Shown here: positions 4,685-20,066 of the stretch, in pieces
Layout: every line of letters begins with the position of its first letter
How positions within the stretch are numbered: position 1 is the stretch's first letter
Position numbers and translations under genes: made by a program
From: a virus
Lineage: Duplodnaviria; Heunggongvirae; Uroviricota; Caudoviricetes
Reading direction: 5' to 3' (one strand)
DNA: 22,248 nucleotides
IMG/VR virus record: IMGVR_UViG_2778261418_000019
Span: 1-22,248 of that record
Notes under the pieces: model-generated
What the model was told of the DNA's origin: nothing
Databases searched by the model: none
The model's input: the letters and a program-made list of their open reading frames with translations, nothing else

Positions 4685-5254
4685 ATGGCAAAAGTAAAAG
4701 ATGATGGAACAAGATATTCCTGGCAAGAAATTGCCGACCGATTCGGTGTGGAACATTCCACAGTATCCCGTATCTGGTCTGGTAAAGGACTGGATATTAC
4801 ATGGCCTAAGAAATTAGTAGACGACTGGTTACTTGCAAACGTAATCGAACCCCTACGCAATGGTGATACTAAAGGTCAAATACAAAAAGCAAACCTACGC
4901 AAACTAGAAGCAGAAGCAGACCTAAAAGAATTAGAACTACGTCAACAATCTGGTGAACTAATTCCGGTAGCAGTAGTACAGCAAACATTATCACAATATT
5001 TCTATCAACTAAGACAGGTACTAAGAAGTATTCCAGCGTCGAGTTATGTAGAACTATTTGAATCACAGGACGCCTTAGAATTAAAAATTAAATTACAGGA
5101 CAAGATAGACCGCCAGCTAGAAGAAATCGGCGGGTATGAATATGAGGGAACATATGAAGACCAACTACCAGAAGATGATGAAGATCCTAACGAGGGCGGC
5201 GAAGTCGATCCTACCTCCGAAGAAACAACTACCCGCAGAGTGGGTAGAGAGTAA
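4685..5254 (+). CDS. terS: terminase small subunit (Nu1-like, 189 aa)
   Basis: The N-terminal HTH-like segment is YSWQEIADRFGVEHSTVSRIW. A coiled-coil middle resembles lambda Nu1, and the tail is acidic. It lies immediately upstream of terL. Confidence 0.8.
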   Translation: MAKVKDDGTRYSWQEIADRFGVEHSTVSRIWSGKGLDITWPKKLVDDWLLANVIEPLRNGDTKGQIQKANLRKLEAEADLKELELRQQSGELIPVAVVQQTLSQYFYQLRQVLRSIPASSYVELFESQDALELKIKLQDKIDRQLEEIGGYEYEGTYEDQLPEDDEDPNEGGEVDPTSEETTTRRVGRE

Positions 5255-7049
5255 CCTAGTCTTCCCCGATGGCGAACTACAAGGGCAACGCGTCAAATTA
5301 TTTGCCTTTCAACATAAGCCCATCAACGATATAGTTAATCCACGTGTACGTAAAGTGGTACTAATGAGTAGTGCTCAACTTCTCAAAACAACGGTACTAC
5401 AGAATAGTATGTACTACTTCCTAGCCAATGATCCGAGTAACATGATCTTCGGTGGTGCTACTGGCGGTACTACAAGTAAATTCCGTACTGGTAAATGGCA
5501 GGCAGTCATAGAAGCATGTCCGGTGCTGAAAAATCTAGTTAGTAATAAGAATGATAAGAACTATACGAACAATGACAAGACACAACAAAATTTAGATGGT
5601 ACGTTTACCTACTTCCTGTCATTGGGTAGTAGTGCTTCCCTTCGTGGCCTTAGTTCGCCTCGCGTATTCCTAGACGAGATATCAAACGTAGACGCAGACG
5701 GGGATGAAGGCAACCCATTGAAGCTAGCCGAGCAGAGGACGAAAGCATTCTCTAACCCCCTTATTATGTGTTGTTCTACACCACTAGATGAACACGACCT
5801 GATTACTCAACAGTACGAGCAAAGTAATAAACAGAAGTTTTATGTACCGTGTCCACACTGTAACCACTCTCACGAAATGGTATTCGAGAATGTTAAATTT
5901 GAATGGAAGATCATAGAAGGTGGTCGCCGTCGTATCCCCGATGCAGATACTGCAAGATTAGAATGCCCAAAATGTAATAATGTAATCACCGAAGCAGAAC
6001 GTGTACGAATGATTCGTAGGGGTGAATGGGTAGTAACAGCACCAGAAGTAACCGATATAATGGGATATCACATATCTAGACTCTATTCCCCCATCAACTC
6101 CATAAAATCAATAGTAGCAGACTTTGCCGAAGCACATTATACCTTTGACCTTGCATCATTCTATAACAACGTCTTAGGACTACCATATATTGATAAAGAG
6201 AATACCGACCATGATTTGGTACTGTTAGAGAACCTACGCGATAGTGAAATAGATATTAATACCGTGCCAGATGATTGTCAGGGAATCGTATTTGGCGTAG
6301 ACCAACAGTTAGACCGTTTGGAAGTTACTACACTAGGAGTAAGTGAAAAGAATCTATATGTACTAGATCATAGAAGCATTTACGCAATTGACTGTACTAA
6401 GATCGAAGCACCAGCATGGAATAAGCTAACGGCCTTTGCAAATACACCATTTAAAACTAAATCGGGTAAACCATTGAAGGTACTGGCAGGATTCGTAGAT
6501 AGTTCGAACGGCAACGCAACTAGTACCGTATATCGCTATTGCAGTAGTTCTACTATCTTTAAACCAATCAAAGGTGGTACGTCTAACTCTAACCCACTAT
6601 TCAAAGATAGTACCGCTGGTGGTCACTCCCTGATTAACCTTAACGTAAACTTAGGCAAATCAAACGTCCGTCAATTACTCAACCGTGCTGTATCCGATAG
6701 TGAAAATAGTAAGGAAGTACAAATACATTTCAGTCATTCAGTACCGGATGATTACTTTATTCAGCTTACTTCCGAGAAGCGAGTAATAAAGGCTGGTGCC
6801 TGGGTATGGGTGAAGAAAGTTAGTTCGGCGAGAAATGAAACCCTTGATTGTCTTAATTACTCGCTTATATGTTTCCAGTGGTATCTATCCAAGTTAGGTA
6901 GTCAACCATTCCGACAACTAAGGGAATACAACGCTAAACAAAAAGAGAAAGCAGGACTAAATAAAGAAGTAAATACAGAAGAAGCACCAACTAAGCCAAC
7001 TCCAAAACGAGTAATAAGGCCGCGTAAAGGTGGTGGATTCTTTAAATAA
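5136..7049 (+). CDS. terL: terminase large subunit, GpA family (637 aa; alternative starts at 5142, 5154 and 5175)
   Basis: Blocks match lambda gpA: LPAEWVESNLVFP vs AVEWADANYYLP, GVDQQLDRLEV vs GIDSQLDRYEM, and RNETLDCLNYSL vs RNEALDCFVYAL. It also has CPHC...CPKC zinc-ribbon cysteines. Confidence 0.93.
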   Translation: MNMREHMKTNYQKMMKILTRAAKSILPPKKQLPAEWVESNLVFPDGELQGQRVKLFAFQHKPINDIVNPRVRKVVLMSSAQLLKTTVLQNSMYYFLANDPSNMIFGGATGGTTSKFRTGKWQAVIEACPVLKNLVSNKNDKNYTNNDKTQQNLDGTFTYFLSLGSSASLRGLSSPRVFLDEISNVDADGDEGNPLKLAEQRTKAFSNPLIMCCSTPLDEHDLITQQYEQSNKQKFYVPCPHCNHSHEMVFENVKFEWKIIEGGRRRIPDADTARLECPKCNNVITEAERVRMIRRGEWVVTAPEVTDIMGYHISRLYSPINSIKSIVADFAEAHYTFDLASFYNNVLGLPYIDKENTDHDLVLLENLRDSEIDINTVPDDCQGIVFGVDQQLDRLEVTTLGVSEKNLYVLDHRSIYAIDCTKIEAPAWNKLTAFANTPFKTKSGKPLKVLAGFVDSSNGNATSTVYRYCSSSTIFKPIKGGTSNSNPLFKDSTAGGHSLINLNVNLGKSNVRQLLNRAVSDSENSKEVQIHFSHSVPDDYFIQLTSEKRVIKAGAWVWVKKVSSARNETLDCLNYSLICFQWYLSKLGSQPFRQLREYNAKQKEKAGLNKEVNTEEAPTKPTPKRVIRPRKGGGFFK

Positions 7050-7059
7050 GGAAAATAAA

Positions 7060-7551
7060 ATGGCAATAGTTCGCAAAGTAACCCTAAGAGGCGATATCTT
7101 TAAAGGCGAGACTATTACATTCGATTACCCCGCAGGGTCAGAAGTAGACTTGATTGATCCAAACGGGGTAAAGACCTCATATACATATCCCTTCCCAGAT
7201 ATTGATACTAGTAACTGGGTAGCGGGTGTATGGACTGCAATTATTAACAGTACCGTAGCATATGGTGTACAACAATTCGAAGTAATAGATCCAACTTCTA
7301 AAGCGTCAGAATATAACGACCTGATGCAAATCATCAAAGATATTGATCAAATCATCATGGATAGAATTAAAGGCGGTGGTGTACTAAGTCAATCAATCCA
7401 AAATAAATCATTAACATATGAAAGTAGCGAAATACTTATGAAACTACGCCCTGTATATGTCAGTCGTGCAAATGATTTACTTTCGGATATGAAAGGCTTC
7501 AATACTGGATGTCCTATCAAATCAATTACTACATTTAGGAGATCTAGATAA
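7060..7551 (+). CDS. head-tail joining protein with a gpW-like C-terminal half and an extra ~85-aa N-terminal domain (163 aa)
   Basis: ATG at 7060 follows AAGGAAA (the track start 7030 is a GTG inside terL). The C-terminal part GGGVLSQSIQNKSLTYESSEILMKLRPVY fits the gpW pattern [28 protein letters not shown]. It sits between terL and the portal, as W does in lambda. Confidence 0.5.
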   Translation: MAIVRKVTLRGDIFKGETITFDYPAGSEVDLIDPNGVKTSYTYPFPDIDTSNWVAGVWTAIINSTVAYGVQQFEVIDPTSKASEYNDLMQIIKDIDQIIMDRIKGGGVLSQSIQNKSLTYESSEILMKLRPVYVSRANDLLSDMKGFNTGCPIKSITTFRRSR

Positions 7552-9047
7552 TGTTCGGATGGAATAAAAAGAAAGTAGAAGAACCTAAACAAAAAGTTTT
7601 AGTACAGAAGCCAGTGAAGCTAATGAAGAATAACCCAATGAAACGAGCAATGACTTCCCTGAATTTGGGATCATCTAGCCCTGTTATCTCATTTGGCTTC
7701 ACTGGTGGTAATCAGGCTGGCAATATTAACGCCATCATTAACCGTACACTACCCGTAATGGTAGCCGTTAGTCGTGAACTATCAATCAAGAACGGTATTG
7801 TAAAAAAATATGTTAGTACGAATAGTGCAGGTGTAACGGGTGCAGATGGCCTATATATTCGCCCTTGTACGCATAGCTCCGACGACGAACAGGTTAACCA
7901 GTCAATCGATAAACAGATTGAAGATGCGTTTTACACGTGGGCCGAAGATCCTAAAGCGTTTTCCCGCTGCGGTACTCTAGATATCAGTACCTTCCAACGT
8001 CTGGTAGAACGTACTCGATCAGTAGATGGTGATTGTTTCATTCGCGTTCACAGTAAGCCAGGAGAGCTACCACAGATTGAGATTATCGATTCTATGCGTA
8101 TCTCGACCTATGAGAACCAATTACTACCAAGTGGTAACTATATTAGTAATGGTATTGAATTTGATATTAATACTAACCGACCTGTAGCTTATTGGGTAAC
8201 ACGTTATAACCCCATCATGTACAACTATATGATTGGTGAGCGTGAACGAGTACCAGCCGACGAGATCCTACACCTATTTCAGCAGGACTATCCAACACAG
8301 CAACGCGGTATTCCAGATGTGCATTCCGGTACTGAAAAGTTAAAAGAGTTAGAGGAATTTATGTCGGCGGCAATTACTTCCCGAAAGGTTGCAGCGTCCG
8401 CAATGGCCTTTATTACTAACCCTGATAGTGATGACGTACAGCTACTGACTGATGATAGTGTATCGTACTATGATCAGGACTATCTAAATCCGGCTGCAAT
8501 CGTAGAACTACAGGCAGGTCAGGATATTAAAACAGTAAACCCAACACAGACTACCGATGGTATACAAGAGTTTATTGATAACCAAATGATGATGATTGCA
8601 ATGGGATTAGATATTACAAAACAATCTCTAACTTCTGATACTAGTAATGCTTCATTCAGTGCTGCAAAGTTAACTGATAAATTACAGCAATCAACATTTA
8701 AAAGCCGTACTAATGCTTTAATTGTATCCGTACTGAAACCTCTTTATATTGCATGGCTAAAATCTGCAATGCTAAATAATAGTACATTAAGCAATTTAAA
8801 TTTTAGTGATTTTAATAAATTAACTCATGCACAATATGTACAGACGCGTCAAATCTCCCTAGATCCATATAAAGACCTTCAAACCGAAGTATTAGCAATT
8901 GATAACGGTTTAAAGAGTAAGGCAATGGTAATTTCGGAGATGGGATACGATCCGGTTATTGTCATGGAAGAAATCAACAAGGAAAATAAAGAAAATGGAA
9001 TTGAACAAGAACCAGACGAGGGCGATCAATCTAACGCAGATCAATAA
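7551..9047 (+). CDS. portal protein, lambda (gpB) family (498 aa)
   Basis: Its size, its position after the terminase and W genes, and its TAATG coupling all fit. Sequence character is typical of lambda-family portals. Confidence 0.88.
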   Translation: MFGWNKKKVEEPKQKVLVQKPVKLMKNNPMKRAMTSLNLGSSSPVISFGFTGGNQAGNINAIINRTLPVMVAVSRELSIKNGIVKKYVSTNSAGVTGADGLYIRPCTHSSDDEQVNQSIDKQIEDAFYTWAEDPKAFSRCGTLDISTFQRLVERTRSVDGDCFIRVHSKPGELPQIEIIDSMRISTYENQLLPSGNYISNGIEFDINTNRPVAYWVTRYNPIMYNYMIGERERVPADEILHLFQQDYPTQQRGIPDVHSGTEKLKELEEFMSAAITSRKVAASAMAFITNPDSDDVQLLTDDSVSYYDQDYLNPAAIVELQAGQDIKTVNPTQTTDGIQEFIDNQMMMIAMGLDITKQSLTSDTSNASFSAAKLTDKLQQSTFKSRTNALIVSVLKPLYIAWLKSAMLNNSTLSNLNFSDFNKLTHAQYVQTRQISLDPYKDLQTEVLAIDNGLKSKAMVISEMGYDPVIVMEEINKENKENGIEQEPDEGDQSNADQ

Positions 9048-10857
9048 TGCAATTGATGAAAACGATAGAACTGTAGAACTCTCTTTTGCCTCCGAAATTC
9101 CAGTAGTACGCGATATTAAAGGGACTCTCTATAATGAGATCCTTTTATGCAGTCCTGAAAACGTAGATTTAAGCCGTCTAAATGACGGTGCACCTGTACT
9201 AGTAGAACATGATGCAATGCGTCAAGTTGGTATAGTTGAAAATGCTCGCGTAGATATGGATAAAGTATGTCGTGCTACTGTACGTTTTAGTGCTTTGGGT
9301 ACTGCAAATACTATCTTCGGAATGATCGTAGAAGGTATTCGCCCTAAAGTATCAGTAGGTTATAACATCCTAGATTACTATCTAGATGGTAATGATCTAA
9401 TCGTTTCCAAATGGCAACCATACGAAGTATCAAGCGTATCCACTCCCGCAGATAATAGCGTAGGTGTAGGAAGATCACTAAATAGTAATGATGAAATTAC
9501 TTTAGAGGATCAACCCCAAATGGAACCAGAACAAAAAGAAGAACTAGTACAGGAAGTAAAAATTATTGAAAAAGCACCACAAGAAGAAGTGCAATCAGAA
9601 GTAGTTGAAGAATCCGTAGTAGTCGAAAGTGAAGAATCAGTAGAAGTAGTAGAAGTTGAAGTAATCGAGGAAGTACAAGAAGATGTACAACCGGAATTAG
9701 TAGAAGAACGTTCTATTGCAGTAACTGATATTCAAGAAAGTATAAATAAAGAAGTAGAAGCAAATCGTATTCGCGAACTTCAATCTATTTCTTCGGTACT
9801 AGGTGTTAGTACCGAAGAAGCAATTAAAAACGGTGTAAGCGTAGAAGACTTTAAACGCTCACTACTAAATAAAGATAACAAATCAATTGATAAGGAAATC
9901 AAACAAATGGATAAAAAATCTCTAATCGCCGAAGGTCTACGTAGTCTAAAAGGCGAAGCAAACGAACTAGCAACCTTCGAAAAAGGTACACGCGGTTATA
10001 ATGCAGATCTTAATGCTATGGTACGTTCTACTGCCGATACCACTTCTACCGTCACTGCCGCAGGTCTTGTAAAAGAAGAATTAGCAGATGCCTATATTCG
10101 CCAACTACTTGCACGTACCGTACTAGGTGAACTACCAGTTACCGTCTTTGGTGGTCTTGCTGGTCGTGGTAATTTCTCTATCCCACGTGCAAAAGGTATG
10201 AACCCAGTAGCACGTTTCTATGGTGAAGATGAAGCAGTATCCGATGGCTTCGAAACCTTCGATAAGATCACTCTAAAGCCTCGCATGTTCGCAGCAGGTA
10301 TCAAGATCACTAAAGCAATGCTACTAAGCAACGCAGCTACCGAACGTTATGTAACTGATGAGCTACTACGCCAATGTTCTAACGGTCTAGAATCAGCAGT
10401 ATTTACACAAATCGCTAATACCGTTCCAGTACAGGAAACCGCAGCAGTAGGTACAGTAACCGAAGCAGACGTACAGAAAGCAATTGAGGCACTAGGTGTA
10501 GCAAACGTTGATATCAACCGTTGTGTTGCAATCGTCCACCCTTCTATGCTCGCTAAACTACGTCAGTATGCAATTTTGGGTAACACCAGTGCAGTAAGTG
10601 CTGTAGCAGGCCATCGCTATGATATGTGGTTGTGTGACGAAGTACGCGTAATTGAATCTACTTTCGTAGCAGCAGATGCAATTCTAATTGGTGACTTCTC
10701 CGAACTAATCTTTACTAACTGGAACGAAGGCCAAGAGCTGGATTTCGACGATACTACCTACCGTGCAGCACAAACTATCGCAATCCGTAGCTTCCAGTAC
10801 CTTGATGTAGCTATTGCACACGAAGAATCATTCGTACAAATCAAACTAAAAGCATAA
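8995..10857 (+). CDS. fused prohead protease (HK97/S78-type), acidic linker with scaffold-like region, and HK97-fold major capsid protein (620 aa from ATG 8995)
   Basis: The N-terminal part has PVLVEHD...KVSVGY...YEVSSVSTPAD, the protease His and Ser blocks. Bases 9490-9710 encode an E/V-rich linker. The ANRIRELQSI...AIKNGVSVEDFKRSLL motif is scaffold- or delta-like. The C-terminal ~290 aa have HK97 MCP character (AILIGDFSELIFTNWNEGQELDFDD...IAIRSFQYLDVAI). The track start 8959 is a TTG. Confidence 0.85.
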   Translation: MELNKNQTRAINLTQINNAIDENDRTVELSFASEIPVVRDIKGTLYNEILLCSPENVDLSRLNDGAPVLVEHDAMRQVGIVENARVDMDKVCRATVRFSALGTANTIFGMIVEGIRPKVSVGYNILDYYLDGNDLIVSKWQPYEVSSVSTPADNSVGVGRSLNSNDEITLEDQPQMEPEQKEELVQEVKIIEKAPQEEVQSEVVEESVVVESEESVEVVEVEVIEEVQEDVQPELVEERSIAVTDIQESINKEVEANRIRELQSISSVLGVSTEEAIKNGVSVEDFKRSLLNKDNKSIDKEIKQMDKKSLIAEGLRSLKGEANELATFEKGTRGYNADLNAMVRSTADTTSTVTAAGLVKEELADAYIRQLLARTVLGELPVTVFGGLAGRGNFSIPRAKGMNPVARFYGEDEAVSDGFETFDKITLKPRMFAAGIKITKAMLLSNAATERYVTDELLRQCSNGLESAVFTQIANTVPVQETAAVGTVTEADVQKAIEALGVANVDINRCVAIVHPSMLAKLRQYAILGNTSAVSAVAGHRYDMWLCDEVRVIESTFVAADAILIGDFSELIFTNWNEGQELDFDDTTYRAAQTIAIRSFQYLDVAIAHEESFVQIKLKA

Positions 10858-10869
10858 GGTACTTTCACT

Positions 10870-11190
10870 ATGAGGCATTTTACTAGTAATCAAATTGATT
10901 CTACTTTTCTAAATGCCTTTGGTGAACCTATCACAATTAACGGGGCGACGTTTACAGCAATTGTAGATAATCGCCCCGTAGTCGTAGATAGCGGTACTGA
11001 AGGGATTGTAGAAAGTACAGAAACATTTCTATCAGTAAAGACTGATGACCTATCTACTTACAGTATCGCAATTGATTCCGTAGTAGGCGTACAGGGTACT
11101 AACTACACTGTATATAATATCTATAATGATTTGAGTGGTATCAGTGAAGTTTACATTAGACCATCAACAATTAATAATTACGGGTGGTAA
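10870..11190 (+). CDS. head-tail connector, gpFII-like (106 aa)
   Basis: Positioned after the capsid gene. The pattern FLNAFGEPITINGATFTAIVDN...FLSVKTDDL...VVGVQGTNYTVYNIYND resembles lambda FII. Confidence 0.5.
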   Translation: MRHFTSNQIDSTFLNAFGEPITINGATFTAIVDNRPVVVDSGTEGIVESTETFLSVKTDDLSTYSIAIDSVVGVQGTNYTVYNIYNDLSGISEVYIRPSTINNYGW

Positions 11191-11191
11191 T

Positions 11192-11584
11192 ATGAATCTT
11201 CTAACTCAAGTACAGAAAACTATTAGAGACAGTTTAAATAATATCATGCCAATTCGTAAAGCAATGAATATTGCAGCAGGGCGTGATCTCTTTATTCTCG
11301 TTTCAACCAATCAAACCTACCAATCTGTAAACTATAATAATCAAAATCAAATGGGTAACTTTAACTTTCAATTCCTATTAGTACCGGAACCTTCAATCAA
11401 TTTACCCGCCGACACCTTCGGTACTATTTTTGATTACTTCCGTACTAATACTATCATGGAATTTGGTAATAATGGTGTACAACTTCATAGTTATGACGTA
11501 GCAGACAGTGAACTAGTAACAGATCCGTCAACTGGTTATCAATCGCTATCTTTTGCAATAAATATTGTAGCGACTCTAAGATAA
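11192..11584 (+). CDS. tail completion or tail terminator-like protein (130 aa)
   Basis: ATG at 11192 lies 1 nt after the upstream TAA (the track start 11135 is a GTG). The call is positional only. Confidence 0.4.
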   Translation: MNLLTQVQKTIRDSLNNIMPIRKAMNIAAGRDLFILVSTNQTYQSVNYNNQNQMGNFNFQFLLVPEPSINLPADTFGTIFDYFRTNTIMEFGNNGVQLHSYDVADSELVTDPSTGYQSLSFAINIVATLR

Positions 11585-11599
11585 AAGGAATTACAAAAG

Positions 11600-15334
<3,735 letters not shown>

Positions 15335-15341
15335 ATAAACG

Positions 15342-15364
15342 GTAGGGAAAAGGACTTTCCCTAC
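15342..15364 (+). terminator. 9-bp stem-loop after the fibre-fusion gene (no U-tract)
   Basis: GTAGGGAAA (15342-15350), loop AGGAC, TTTCCCTAC (15356-15364). Confidence 0.35.
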
Positions 15365-15394
15365 TAATCCAACTTATATAAGGAAATAAAAAAT

Positions 15395-15853
15395 ATGGCT
15401 ATGTCTATTATGACTGGTGCTAACCTAAAAGTAGAGTTAGGCACTTATACCGCTGGTAGCTCTACCGCTGCCGCAGATTTTCAAGAAATCCCAGAAGTGG
15501 CAGCATTCGCTACTAGTGGTTTTGAATCTACTGTTATTGATGTTGTTACTTACAACTCTGCTTATAATCGCAAGCTACTAGGAACAAAATCCGTGCCTGA
15601 TTGTGAACTAACTGTTAACTATCTAGCAGATAACGCAGTACACCAAAAGTTAGAACAACTTGCAGATGATCAGGTACGTACTCAGGTTAAAATCACCTAC
15701 TACGAAAACGCAACCCGTACAACTGGCTTCTTCGTAATCTACAATGCTTTCGTATCTTCAAACTTGATCGCAGGTAGTAAAGACGAAGTAGTGACTAAGG
15801 CATTTACACTAGCTGTAGATGGTGGTCCAATCCAATCCGGTATTAATGCTTAA
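15395..15853 (+). CDS. major tail (tube) protein (152 aa)
   Basis: Strong AAGGAA RBS. It lies directly upstream of the G/GT chaperones and tape measure, has a typical size, and is followed by triple stops and a strong terminator. Confidence 0.8.
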   Translation: MAMSIMTGANLKVELGTYTAGSSTAAADFQEIPEVAAFATSGFESTVIDVVTYNSAYNRKLLGTKSVPDCELTVNYLADNAVHQKLEQLADDQVRTQVKITYYENATRTTGFFVIYNAFVSSNLIAGSKDEVVTKAFTLAVDGGPIQSGINA

Positions 15854-15861
15854 TAATAAAT

Positions 15862-15898
15862 AAGAGTGATGGAGTAATCCACACTCTTTTTTTATTTT
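15862..15898 (+). terminator. rho-independent terminator after the major tail gene
   Basis: AAGAGTG(A)TGGA, loop GTAA, TCCACACTCTT gives an 11-bp stem with one bulge, followed by TTTTTATTTT. Confidence 0.8.
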
Positions 15899-15915
15899 AC
15901 ACAGGAATTATAAAC

Positions 15916-16214
15916 ATGAATCTACAGAACATTCTAAATAAACTATCTCCAAAAAAACACGCGTACGAAATCGAAGGCGAAACTATCTATATTCATCGTG
16001 CACGTTCAAAGGATATCGAAGCTCTAAACACTCCACTAAAAGCAGTAGTAGTATGTACTTGTGATGAAAATGGTGATCCAATTTTCAGTACCGAAGATAT
16101 CGAAGGACGTATTAACCTCAATGCGTTAGATTCAGAACACGTATCAAAAATCTATCTCGCAATCATCGAACTCTATAAAGATCCCGAAGATATTCAGGAC
16201 GAAATCGAAAAAAA

Positions 16215-16218
<4 letters not shown>
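15916..16218 (+). CDS. tail assembly chaperone, gpG-like (100 aa)
   Basis: It sits between the tube and tape measure genes and ends ...GAA AAA AAA TAA at a slippery run. Confidence 0.85.
16209..16215 (+). promoter_or_regulatory. -1 programmed ribosomal frameshift site A AAA AAA
   Basis: An A8 run (16208-16215) lies at the last two codons of gpG. The -1 frame is open from 16215 straight into the 16284-16598 ORF. Confidence 0.75.
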
Positions 16219-18808
<2,590 letters not shown>

Positions 18809-18812
18809 TTAT

Positions 18813-18834
18813 AAAGGGGGCTTAGGCTCCCTTT
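18813..18834 (+). terminator. possible terminator after the tape measure gene
   Basis: AAAGGGGGC, loop TTAG, GCTCCCTTT gives 9 pairs including one G-U. Only a weak T-rich run follows. Confidence 0.4.
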
Positions 18835-18875
18835 ATTCGTATAAATATAATAGAAATCTATAAAAGGAATTTAAA

Positions 18876-19430
18876 ATGATTAACTTTACTAAAGCAATTA
18901 AAGTATCTGGATTCAGTTTGAAATCTACGCAACCAATGTATGAACATCAATCATGGACAGGTAAAGTTTTACAGCGTGGAACCGGAATACAATACTATGA
19001 AGCAGAATTTACACTAACCTATAACATTTCAGACCGTCACGAAGTAGACCAGTTTTTAGCACTACATTCATTGGGTAAACCATTTCAAATGGACTTAGGA
19101 CACCTATCAACCTATACAGGTACACAAACGGCAGCAGTTACCAGTACCACAGCAAAGGCGGCAGGAAGTGCAACTATCAATACATCTACTCAATCTTTAC
19201 GTGTTGGTGATCGCATCCAGTTTACTAACCATACGAAAATATATTCCATTATTGACCGAACTAATACTAGCGTTACTATCTTCCCTGCATTACGTCAGAG
19301 TGTAGCAACTGGCGAGATCATCAAGTACAGCAATATTACAATCACAGGCATCCTTAAAGCCGAGAATACATACGTTTGTCCAGTTACTAACGTTACTACC
19401 CAAAAATTAACAGTATGGGAGAATCTCTAA
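18876..19430 (+). CDS. distal or minor tail protein, gpM-like (184 aa)
   Basis: It is the first gene after the tape measure. The N-terminal pattern (SWTGKVLQRGTG...EAEFTLTYNISDRHEVDQFLALHSLGKPF) resembles lambda gpM (FGDGYSQRAP...YSVTLSVPREEATVLESFLEEHGGWKSF). Confidence 0.5.
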   Translation: MINFTKAIKVSGFSLKSTQPMYEHQSWTGKVLQRGTGIQYYEAEFTLTYNISDRHEVDQFLALHSLGKPFQMDLGHLSTYTGTQTAAVTSTTAKAAGSATINTSTQSLRVGDRIQFTNHTKIYSIIDRTNTSVTIFPALRQSVATGEIIKYSNITITGILKAENTYVCPVTNVTTQKLTVWENL

Positions 19431-20066
19431 ATGGCACTTGATACAATCTCGACTAATGCAAATCTACTAAAATATTGGAACTTAACCCGCAATAGTGGGA
19501 CACCAAAAACTAAACTATCTGATCAAGAAATAATGAGTATGGGTCAGCACGTAACATGCTTTGATGTATTCCCAAAAAATGCAAATGGTATTCACTGGAC
19601 TGATGCTTTTATTAATATCGATATGAATAGTGTAACCTATCTATCTTTCCCCGATATTGTACAGGACTCACTACCAGCATTTAGCGAAGAAAAAGGAATT
19701 AGTAATAATGCCATCTCTTTTAAAGTAAGTAATATTGATAACTCAGTACAGATGCTTGCTCTCTCAGGTGGTCTATTCAAAGCTAAAATTAATATCTATA
19801 TGGTAATCCTTGATCCCTATACTACTACACCACTCTATCAAATGTTGATGTTCTCTGGATTCATTGACTACTGTCAGGCAGTAGCTAACCCAATTGATGG
19901 AAAAACAGAGATGACAGTAAACGTAAATAGTATATTCCAAAAACTAGACGTTCAGACACGTACTATTGCAAGTAATAGCGTATATCAATCATATTACCCA
20001 GGCGATGAGTTTATGTCACTACTAGGACAGGTAAACCAAGCTAACCAAACATGGAAGATGAACTAA
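19431..20066 (+). CDS. minor tail protein, gpL-like position (211 aa)
   Basis: Second gene after the tape measure, adjacent TAA-ATG junction, size close to gpL. It lacks the C-terminal Cys cluster of lambda gpL. Confidence 0.45.
   Translation: MALDTISTNANLLKYWNLTRNSGTPKTKLSDQEIMSMGQHVTCFDVFPKNANGIHWTDAFINIDMNSVTYLSFPDIVQDSLPAFSEEKGISNNAISFKVSNIDNSVQMLALSGGLFKAKINIYMVILDPYTTTPLYQMLMFSGFIDYCQAVANPIDGKTEMTVNVNSIFQKLDVQTRTIASNSVYQSYYPGDEFMSLLGQVNQANQTWKMN

Noticed and set aside
9490-9710. E/V-rich repetitive DNA as a non-coding tandem repeat or CRISPR-like array
   Set aside because: It lies in frame within one long ORF and encodes an acidic linker. It has no regular repeat-spacer structure.
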